DNA of 64,000 nucleotides, from positions 93,620,001 to 93,684,000 of the forward strand of contig OX597821.1 in the NCBI GenBank assembly GCA_951406725.2, given 5' to 3'. The stretch is from Octopus vulgaris. Taxonomy: Eukaryota. The translations under genes and the position numbers were made by a program. Under the pieces are notes generated by a model that had not been told where the DNA came from, made no database searches, and worked only from the letters and a program-made list of their open reading frames with translations. Shown one piece after another: positions 54,143-64,000 of this stretch (position 1 is its first letter; the number at the start of each line of letters is the position of its first letter).

Positions 54143-54904
54143 GCATTATCAAAACTACCACCCCCACTGTCTCTATCACCATTATAGCATCATTAAACCT
54201 CCCCCGCTGTCTCCATCATCATAAAATATAATCAATGCATGATTATAAAAACAACAGCAGCATGCAATGTTTCTCTTTCTTTCATCACCTTATTCAGCAT
54301 GGCTGCTCTCCATAAAGAATTTAATGCATCCTAGTAATTTTACCAGTTCACCACTACTGACAGCTCCCTTCTCAAACAACTTAGTTCCTTAATGAAATTT
54401 CATCATTCTTATTTTCTAATTATCTTTATTTAATTACAGGTGCATTAACATGGATAAGGTATTTTTATTATTTTATCACTGCCTTTCAATAATTGTTTTA
54501 GAAAAGTTGAAATCTAAAAGAAGCAAACTGCAAAAAGAGGGAAGAAGATGAAGAATTTTGTTATCGTAGCAAGCCCAGGCAAATAATTCTTTCTTTATAA
54601 CAGCCACAAGGGCAACGATTGGGAAAACATTACCAAAGTAGTTTACAAGAATTGTAAGGATTCACAAATAAAATGGATGATTGAAAAAGGCAAAACAAAT
54701 GACAGTATACATGATATATAAATATGTAATTGAGCATTCAGATAGAAAGATCACCCCATACAGTGAACTTAGGAATCCCACAGATCTACATCTAGGGTTA
54801 TGAAATATAATCAATGCACGACTATCAGCGTAAAATATAATTGATGCATGAACTAACTAACCATCAGTATAAAATACAATCAATGCATGATTATAAAATA
54901 TAAT

Positions 54905-54992
54905 TTGGACTATAAGCTGGGTGAGCCAGCCCTTTCACTCCCTTGGACACATTGGCAGTATGGACCAGAGTATTGTCATGCTGTAGGAGTAA
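54905..54992 (-). mobile_element. Mariner transposase fragment
   Basis: LLLQHDNTLVHTANVSK-GVKGLAHPAYSPN; shares an internal deletion with 57477-57520. Confidence 0.7.
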
Positions 54993-55238
54993 AGTTATCT
55001 TCTGGAGTCATACTGACTCATAAGGGCTGGTTTCCCAGTCTCATTGTGTATAAATTCCTCACTTGGGCAGGACACCGATCTGTCAAGGACTACTTATTTT
55101 TGCCAGCTGAGTGGACTGGAGCAACATGAAATGAAGTGTTTTGCTCAAGAACACAATGCATTGCCCTGTCCAGGGATCAAAACCACAATCTTATGATCGT
55201 GAGTCCAACAACCTGACCACTAAACCACATGCCTCCAT
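54993..55238 (-). mobile_element. tRNA-head SINE with conserved central core (family E)
   Basis: TGGAGGCATGTGGTTTAGTGG head; core GAGCAAAACACTTCATTTCATGTTGCTCCAGTCCACTCAGCT, also seen at 36190 and 58740. Confidence 0.8.
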
Positions 55239-56227
55239 GACATCTAGGGTTACCTAACTATCAAGGGTAAGTACCTTCTCCCAGCTCTATTCTGCAATCT
55301 ACGGGTACATATTGAGTGTTGGCCCTTTTATTTGGGTTATGCACATCCCTCTCATCCACATTTCAACAAATTAAATGGAAGGCTACACGTTCCGCTCAAC
55401 CATCACATTCCTCTTTGAGCAGACCTTGAAAGAGTCAATGACGAGTCAGCCAAAGAAGAAAACATTCATCCTCCGTCTTTTGAATCATGTCCACCATAAT
55501 ACTTCTTTTGTCAAAATCATCAGAAGAAAATTGCCTACCCTTCTTAGTTACAGGAAGGTGGCAGAGAAACCGTCATGATGGATTCAGGTGTTGTTGATAG
55601 CTAGATAGATCCAGCTATCAACAATGGTTGTCATACACATCAAAATAGGTGTTCTACAAAACTCCATAGGTTAATAATGCTCAGACATAGAATTAGCGCA
55701 TGTAGAAAATTTCTCTCTCTCTCTCTCTATGCACATTGTGGACAGGCCTAGCAGTCAACACTTCCATACCTGTAGGATTTGTCTCTAACCAGTTATGGTT
55801 CCCAGTTGTACTTCCAGTAATTAAACATAGTCTCTGAGCTAAATATTTTCGAAAATAGACCAACCATTTGATTATCATCAATGCTGAGAATTTCCCCAAG
55901 AATGTCATTACTCTTCCCCATCATTATTCATTCAAAGAAAGTCAACTTAGATTGTTTTATAAACCATGTTACCCATATGGTAAATGGCTATGAGTGACCT
56001 ATAAAATCTCAAATCCCAAGTGTCCAGTTTTGGTCACTGCTTGACCTGTACTTGCAGCTTTGTCAAAGAGACAAGCTGTGGAAGAACTTGAGTGACAAAA
56101 GGAGACCATATCTACCCAACATCCAGGAATCTCTGCAGATGTTGTAGCTTCAGCACACATCTACACAACATCATAGTGAGCCTTCCTTCTGCATATTGCG
56201 TGCTAGCAGCAGATGAAGAAAAACAAA

Positions 56228-56449
56228 TACCTATTTCTTTATTACCCACAAGGGGCTAAACATAGAGGGGACAAACAACCACAGACACAGGTATTAAGTC
56301 GATTACATCGAGCCCAGTGCGTAACTGGTACTTAATTTATCGACCCCGGAAGGATGAAAGGTAAAGTCGACCTCAGCAGAATTTGAACTCACAACGTAAC
56401 GGCAGCCGAAATACCGCTAAGCATTTCGCCCAGCATGCTAACGTTTCTG
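56228..56449 (-). mobile_element. SINE family C
   Basis: Near-identical to 57690-57925, including flank. Confidence 0.9.
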
Positions 56450-56940
56450 AAGATAATGATGAGCACTAGTGGGAGATAGAGACGAGAACAATACGATCGA
56501 AATGGAGATGAGAATAATGCCATTACAATGAAGATGACAACAGTGATGGTGTTGGTGATGACAACTATGCTATGATGATAGTAACAATGGCAAGGACATC
56601 GATGATAGCGATGATGATGTTGGCAATAATAACAATGACATGGAAGTTGATTAGAGTGACAATAACGAGGGTGTTAACAATGGTGGGAACAATACTGATA
56701 AATGAAAAGAGGTGTTAGGTAGCTGAGGAGGTGCCGTTGTAGAGATAGAAGTTCAAAAGCTATTACTTCACTGTTATTCAAATGATCATTTTCCCCTATC
56801 CAATGCCAAAATATGCTGTGCTTCAAATTCCTCTACAGTATATACCTTGTGTTGAAAAATCTGTAATGCATGTATGTTACACATTCGACTTACAACTGTT
56901 GTCAGATGCAAGTCCATCTAATATATAGGTCAGTAATATA

Positions 56941-57172
56941 TAGGCGGCGAGCTGGCAGAAGCGTTAGTGCGCCGGGCGAAATGGTTAGCGGCATTTCTTC
57001 TGTCGCAACGTTCTGAGTTCAAATTCCGCCGAGGTCGACTTTGCCTTTCATCCTTTCGGGGTCGATAAATAAAGTACTAGTTTCGCACTGGGGTCGATGT
57101 AATCGACTTAATACCTATGTCTGTCCTTGTTTGTCCTCTCTATGTTTAGCCCCTTGTGGGTAGTAAAGAAAT
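56941..57172 (+). mobile_element. SINE family C, full length
   Basis: 15-bp TSD ATATATAGGTCAGTA at 56921-56935 and 57173-57187. Confidence 0.93.
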
Positions 57173-57199
57173 ATATATAGGTCAGTATCCATCCACCTA

Positions 57200-58639
57200 C
57201 CAGGTTGAGTCAAAAGTGTATTTCTTCATATTTCATGTTTTAATTAATAGTTCAAACAAATTATTTACAAAGAGAATTTATGCATCAAAATATATCTCAT
57301 CATATTCCATTGTCTGTTGTTATCATTATGCCAGAAGTTCAATTCCACTCATATACAATTTGACTGGTTTTGGAGGCAAAAGACTCCCTGCACCTGTTTC
57401 CAATCTTATCAATATTGTTGAGCCTCTGTTCTATGCAGGAAATGAGCTATGATTCAGAAAATCTGACAGTGCTGTAAGCTGGGTAAGGCAGCACTTTCAC
57501 TCCCTTAGTCACATTGGCAGCTTTGTCAAAGAGACAAGCTGTGGAAGAACTTGACTGACCAATGCCAGGTATCAGGTTTTCAAAACATCATATACTCTCT
57601 GCGGTTGTTGAGCATAAAGGTCAGCATTCACACAGCATGACCATCTTGGACAAAACCCCTTCAATGTTCCAGCAGATGAAGAAAAACAAATACCTATTTC
57701 TTTATTACCCACAAGGGGCTAAACATAGAGGGGACAAACAACCACAGACATAGGTATTAAGTCGATTACATCGAGCCCAGTGCGTAACTGGTACTTAATT
57801 TATCGACCCCGAAAGGATGAAAGGTAAAGTCGACCTCAGCAGAATTTGAACTCAGAACGTAGCGGCAGACGAAATACCACAAGGCATTTCGCCCGGCGCG
57901 CTAACGTTTCTTCCAGCTCGCCGCCATATGTTCAAACCACCCTTGTTTGACAACAGGATCTGAAGCTTGGCTGGAATGAAACCACTAGTTTCTCTTATTA
58001 GGATTACTTAAATAGCTCCATTTTTCATCCCCAGTTACAATACGATGTCAAAAGGTAGGCATGTTCAGGATTTTCCAGCAGTTGTTTTCAAATGTTCATT
58101 GAGCTTGGTCATTAGTCAGTTCACAAGGAGCTTCTCAACAATATCTCTTCTCAAGGCTGAGCTATGGAGATGCCAGCTGATGATGTGAAAGCCAAGCTCT
58201 TCTGACAATTATGTGTGCTTGTGCTTCAACCATTTTAAGCAAGGCTTTGTCTTCTGCAACAGAAGACTTCCCTTGGTTTGTCTTTGAAGCTGGTGTCCCC
58301 TTCCTTGAAATACCTGAAACAGTTTCATGCCACACATGTGTTGACAGTTCTTGGACCTTCCACATCATTAAATTTTTTTGTTGCTGCCCTTGCACTCAGT
58401 TCTTTTACCTACAGGTAGCATTAAAGTGGCTCTCATTACAATATTTTCATCTCTCATTATCAAAGCTGTAAAATAAAGAACAAAAAAAATTCATGATTTT
58501 TTGTAATATTTGAAAATAAAGAATAAACAATTCAGCAATGACTGGATAATATGTATAAAATTAATGAAATAACACGGAGATACAAGTTACCAAAAGTTCT
58601 CAGTGAAAATCCATAAAAAAAGATTTTGACCCAACCTGG
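57200..58639 (-). mobile_element. Near full-length decayed mariner element with TIRs
   Basis: TA-CCAGGTTGAGTCAAAA ... TTTTGACCCAACCTGG-TA; motifs FRYFKEGDTS.KDKPR, RIVTGDEKW, VNADLYAQQ, VLPYPAYS, YMSGIELLA. Confidence 0.9.
57690..57925 (-). mobile_element. SINE family C nested in the mariner
   Basis: Full family C consensus. Confidence 0.92.
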
Positions 58640-58739
58640 TAGAGATAATAGAAACTTGTAAGGTTTTATATATACATTCAGGCTACAGCTGCCATAGAAT
58701 GCAAGTCCTGCTACTGTATGTCAATAGGTAAAATATAGA

Positions 58740-59035
58740 GAACCCCCTCGGTCATGAATGAGGCACAAGTCTGGGCAAGGTTGTTTATGGAAGACCAGCA
58801 ATCACTAATGCATACCAGCCTCCTCTCTTCGTGCCACCAATGTTATCCAATGGAAAGACTGATACAGCTTGGCACCTGTAATGTTACAACTCATTTCTAG
58901 AGCTAAGTGAACTGGAGCAACATGAAATAAAGTGTCTTGCTGAAGAACACAGCACACAGCTCGGTTCAGGAATTGAACTCACTACATCATGATTGTGAGG
59001 CCAATGCTCTAACCACTGAGTCATATGCCTTCACA
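58740..59035 (-). mobile_element. tRNA-head SINE with the shared central core and a different tail
   Basis: TGTGAAGGCATATGACTCAGTGGTTAG head, GAGTTCAATTCC B-box, shared core. Confidence 0.78.
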
Positions 59036-59267
59036 ATATATATCAATATTCCTCCATAAAAAAAAAAAGCTAAAAGTGTGAGCCATTATATACACACTTT
59101 CAAGGAGAATGGATTATAAGAATCATTTGAGTGTCAGAGAAAATGTCTTGTATTTTTGTTTCTACATTCTGAATTCAAATTCTGCCATGATCAGCTTTGC
59201 TTTTCCTACTACCAGGGTTGATAAAATAAAGTACCAGACAAATACCTGAATCAATTTAATCTACTAT

Positions 59268-59439
59268 AGGCGCAGGAGTGGCTGTGTGGTAAGTAGCTTA
59301 CTTACCAACCACACGGTTCCGGGTTCAGTCCCACTGCGTGGCATCTTGGGCAAGTGTCTTCTGCTATAGCCTCAGGCCGACCAATGCCTTGTGAGTGGAT
59401 TTGGTAGACGGAAACTGAAAGAAGCCTGTCATATATATG

Positions 59440-59470
<31 letters not shown>

Positions 59471-59680
59471 ATATGTTTGTGTGTCTGTGTTTGTCCCCCC
59501 ACCATCGCTTGACAACCGATGCTTGTGTGTTTACGTCCCCGTCACTTAGCGGTTCAGCAAAAAGAGACCGATAGAATAAGTACTGGGCTTACAAAGAATA
59601 AGTTCCGGTGTCGATTTGCTCGACTAAAGGTGGTGCTCCAGCATGGCCGCAGTCAACTGACTGAAACAAGTAAAAGAGTA
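59268..59680 (+). mobile_element. SINE family B, full length
   Basis: Matches the family B consensus. Confidence 0.93.
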
Positions 59681-60069
59681 CTAATCTCCTGCTCCAAATT
59701 TCAGGCTATGTACCAAAACTAGAAAAAAATTGCCAGTGGATAAAAGGCCTGTTACTTTTAGCAAATTAATGAAGATAATGAAGGAGATACAAGTTACCAA
59801 AAGTTCTCAGTGAAAATCACATTTGACATTTGCAACAAGATAGGAAGAAATAGCTAATATAATCAAACACTGTCTGGATGTCATTAAGATTTATGGTTTG
59901 ATAGGAACTAATGAGGTGAGACCAGGATGTAGAAAAGGCTGTCATAGTCCAGTCTTATGTTATACTAAATTGGTCAGCGTTTGATATTGCCTCCATTCCT
60001 TGAGAGTAAGTAAAGATATTTCACATCTCAACACAGAGAATTAGTGAGAAAAATCAATATCACAGCCAA

Positions 60070-60276
60070 TGGTATGGTATGTGTGGTGTATGGTGTTGTG
60101 TGTGCATGTGTGTGTTTGTGTGCACCTGTATGTATGTGATGTAGCAGTGTGGTTTGATAGTAGGGTGTTATATGTGTGTGATAGTGTGATGTTATGTGTA
60201 TGTGATGTCTAATGGTGTGGTGAGGGGTGACATTCTCTGTGTGTATGAATGGTGGTGTGTATGTGAGTGATGTGGG

Positions 60277-60316
<40 letters not shown>

Positions 60317-60725
60317 TAGTGCTGTGTGGTGATGTTTGTATGTCTGGAAGTGTATCTGCGTGGTGTAAACATGTGTGTATGCATGCTGTGTATGTTGTGT
60401 ATGTGTGTTGTATGTATATGAAGGGAGTCGTGTGTATGTGGTGCATCCATGTGTGTATATATGTTTGCATCTATATGCGTGCATATATTTAAGTGCTTAT
60501 ATGTGTGTGTATGTGTGTATATGTATATGTGTACATGTGTGTATATGCATATATGTGTGTGTATGTGTATGTGTGTATGTGTTGTGAGATGATCTGTGTG
60601 TGCGCACGCACGTGTGTGTGTGTGCGTGTGTGTGTGTGCATGTGTGTGTGTGTGTATCTGTGTATATAACAAAATGTGATGCAGTCATTGTTTATGTATG
60701 TAGGTGTGTGTGTACTTTGTGTATA
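60070..60725. repeat. Degenerate TG-rich tract
   Basis: Direct reading. Confidence 0.9.
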
Positions 60726-61386
60726 TGTCTGCGATCAGCTGAGACATTTTATTTTTTTTTTTTTTGTTTTCGTCTTTTTATTTTCTAACAAAAATTCTTG
60801 ATTAATCTCTGGCTACAGATGAAATATGCACATAGCTCTAGATACTAAAAAGTACTTAATTGGAAAATATGATGAAATCCTAAGGTAATCCAACCATGAA
60901 CAGACTTGGCCTCACTACTTACACAAAATCCTTTGAAGCCATTCAATATATATCTTAGAGTAAAACCAATACAATTATTAGTTTCAGCACAGTAATATTG
61001 CCATACATTAGGTCTTAGGATTCATTTGTGCCACACATTCATGCACACACACATGCACAAACACACACATACACACACACATACACACATGGTGGTAATT
61101 CTGGCAATTCCATTCTAGCCTTTCTTGAACTCTTGCTCGCTCTTCAGTTAGGTCAAAGCATTGTTCAGCAGCACTACTATCATTGCCCATAGCTAATGTA
61201 TCTCCAACTACCAAAACAATTAGGTGCTACTACCTACGTATATTGTCCAGTTTATCCCAAATGATTGATTGAAGAATTTATTGATTGATTGTTAAAAGTT
61301 CTGTTCTTGTATTTATTCTTGTACCAAAGCTAGAGACTTTAACCCTATAATTACCAGCCTGTGTGAAACTTCCTCTGATTATTTAA

Positions 61387-61490
61387 TATATATATAAAAG
61401 TGAGGTTGTGTGCTGTCTGTCTCCTACGATTTAGATTCCTAACTACTCCCACATTTTGCGGTGCAGTTTAACCAAAACCGGGTATCTTAA
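61387..61490 (+). mobile_element. Possible Helitron-like 5' fragment
   Basis: TATATATAAAAGTG..GTGTG.TGTCTGTCT start pattern typical of non-autonomous Helitrons; no 3' CTRR end seen. Confidence 0.35.
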
Positions 61491-61949
61491 AGATACTGCC
61501 TTCATCAGTTGAATATATCAGATGGCCACTTGATAATATCGATATTTAAATATCGATATTATCCTTATTTATAAATTTATATAATTCATCACTATATTCA
61601 CTGCAGTGTTTATTTTGACTGTATCGTGCTTATGAGGTGTTTGGTGGGCAATTTTAACTGGCCTTGTACATACGTGCATATATATGTATGTATAGACGTT
61701 CGTATATGTAAGTATAACGTTTGTTCTGTATATATATATTTGTATTTATGTGCCCATCTGATATATTCAACTGATGAAGGCAGAGCTTATTTGAAGCAAA
61801 GCTAGAAATCCAGGATCTTGAATTATTCAGTAATATCTTTTTGCTAGTCAATTTTGTCCCTCTATCTTATCTCATGGTGCGATATGAACATTTAAGGTGG
61901 TTCTTAGAGTCAGGGATTTGATTGCTATTTCAGCATGGTGGTATCTCTC

Positions 61950-62255
61950 ATCCGACTCGTGGCCGATGCCAGCGCCGCCTCAACTGGCTTCCGTGCCGGT
62001 GGCACGTAAAACACACCAATCCGACCGTGGCCGTTGCCAGCCTCGCCTGGCACCTGTGCAGGTGGCACGTAAAAAGCACCCACTACACTCACGAAGTGGT
62101 TGGCGTTAGGAAAGGCATCCAGCTGTAGAAACATTACCAGATAAGACTGGAGCCTGGTGCAGCCTTCTGGCTTCCCAGATCCCCGGTCGAACCGTCCAAC
62201 CCATGCTAGCATGGAGAACAGACGTAAAACGATGATGATGATGATGATGATGATG
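61950..62255 (+). mobile_element. Family D, longest copy
   Basis: GGTGGCACGTAAAA subrepeats, conserved 3' end, (GAT)n tail. Confidence 0.88.
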
Positions 62256-62329
62256 TATATATGCATATATATATATATATATTTGCATATATATATATAT
62301 ATGCATATCTATGTGTATGGATCTTTACG

Positions 62330-62560
62330 TCTGTGTGTTTGTCCCCTACTATTGCTTGACATCTGGTGTTGGTGTGTTTACATCTCTATAAATTAGTGGC
62401 TTGGCAAAAAGAAATCGATAGAATAAATACCAGACTTTGAAACAAATGTACTGGGCAAGGTTGGGGGTGGGGCGAAGGTGGTTCGTTTTTATTCGACTAA
62501 AAATTCTTGGAGGTAGTGTCCCAGCATGACTGCAGTCTAATGACTGAACCAAGTAAACGC
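62330..62560 (+). mobile_element. SINE family B, 3' half, diverged
   Basis: TTTGTCCCC..GCTTGACA..CCAGCATG..ATGACTGAA. Confidence 0.75.
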
Positions 62561-62704
62561 AAAAAGGCACCAGCTTCATATGTAAGTATAATCAGTTGTT
62601 CTGCTATATATATATTTGTATTTATGTGCCCATCTGATATATTCAACTGATGAAGGCAGAGCTTATTTGAAGCGAACCTAGCAATGTTCTTTTATTCCTT
62701 TCCT

Positions 62705-63580
62705 TTCTTCTCTAGGCACAAGGCCCGAAATTTGTGGGGAGGGGGCCAGTTGATTAGATTGGTCCAAGTACGCAACTGGTACTTAATTTATCGTCCCCGA
62801 AAGGATGAAAGGCAAAGTTGACTTTGGTGGAATTTGAACTCAGAACGTAAAGATAGACAAAATACTAAGTATTTTGCCCTTCGTGCTAACAATTCTGCCA
62901 GCTTGTCACCTTAAATATTCTATTCTTCTCTAGGAACAAGGCCTGAAGATTTTAGGGAGGGGGCCAGTCGATTAGATTACCCCCAGTATGCAACTGGTAC
63001 TTAATTTATCGGCCCCATAAGGATGAAAGACAAAGTTGACCTCGGTGGAATTTGAAGTCAGAACATAAAGACAGATTCTTTTGTTCTTTTACTTGCTACA
63101 GTGGCCATGCTTCCATGTTCTTGTGTGATCCCTTTGTACATAAAAGTGAGTGCTTGCAATTTTCCAGCTCTTGTCAAACTGCCCAACACATGCTAGCATA
63201 GAAAATGGATGTTTTATAATGATGATGAGGAGGAGGAGGATGATGATGATATAATCAGTGATTTTGCTTTTTTAAGATAGAGCTGTATTTAAAGATGATT
63301 ATGTACTTGCCCAAAATATGGTCTCCAGTTCAAAGGAAATTCCACTTACATATATATATATATACACTTTTCTACTCTAGGCACAAGGCCTGAAATTTTG
63401 GGGTAGAGGGCCAGTCGATTACATCAATCCCAGAATGCAACTGGTACTTAATTTATCAACCCTGAAAGGATGAAAGACAAAGTCGACCTTGGCGGAATTT
63501 GAACTCAGAATGTAGTGGCAGACGAAACACCACTAAGCATTTCATCCAGCATGCTAACGTTTCTGCCAGCATGCTGCCTT
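62705..63580 (-). mobile_element. Three SINE family C variant copies (~62705-62912, 62925-63075, 63368-63580)
   Basis: Each has CTAGG.ACAAGGCC.GAA..CAACTGGTACTTAATTTATC..AGGATGAAAG..GAATTTGAA.TCAGAA. Confidence 0.88.
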
Positions 63581-64000
63581 TATATATATATACACATATA
63601 TACAAGTATATATATATGTATATATATCTATATATATCTATATATATATATATATATATATATATGAGCCAAAGTTAAATGAAACCGGGAATAAAATATT
63701 AGATTAGATTTACGATAAAAGTTCTGAATCTATTGCTTTTTTCACATTGAATATATTGTCGACACCTGTAGGTTAAAATGCCATTTATGTCTTTTGTTTC
63801 GATAAAGATTTTGTATTATTTTCTTTTGTTTTGTTGTGTGTTTTTTTTTTTTTTTTAATAAGAGCGATGCTTAATCAAAGAACATTCACTGAAAAACAGA
63901 AATGCAGTTGGGTGTGTATGCCCGATACATTTTTGCTTAGCCTCAAAGAACTGGAAAAGACACATAATTTTAGTTAAGATGATGATGTTGATGATGACGA

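Noticed and set aside
55280-55630. Penelope RT remnant and 12-bp hairpin (TTGTTGATAGCT/AGCTATCAACAA)
   Set aside because: The similarity is too fragmentary to support without a search.
58162-58490. Host exon on the minus strand behind a strong acceptor-like TTTATTTTACAG
   Set aside because: The sequence is the N-terminus of the decayed mariner transposase, inside its TIRs.

Overview
Eukaryotic, AT-rich, repeat-dominated DNA. The mix of tRNA-derived SINEs and very dense microsatellites points to an octopus (coleoid cephalopod) genome; this is inferred from repeat content, not searched. No intact protein-coding gene is supported: nearly all ORFs in the track are microsatellite or transposon translations, and only two weak candidate exons were seen (23062-23180 minus, 53758-53870 plus). 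The window holds roughly 30 copies of three main SINE families (called A, B and C here), RTE, CR1 and R4/Dong LINE remnants, decayed mariner, rosa/Tc1 and hAT transposases, TTAA and hAT MITEs, several nested insertions with readable TSDs, and a ~3.4 kb 24/30-bp satellite with 84-bp and 390-bp higher-order structure. The most notable signal is a set of minimal type I hammerhead-ribozyme motifs in short Penelope-like fragments from several unrelated families, two of them with intact cores, often next to long inverted repeats. A patchwork of short local duplications at 54-63 kb may be a consensus artefact. Repeat boundaries were read by eye and are approximate unless a TSD or TIR is quoted.
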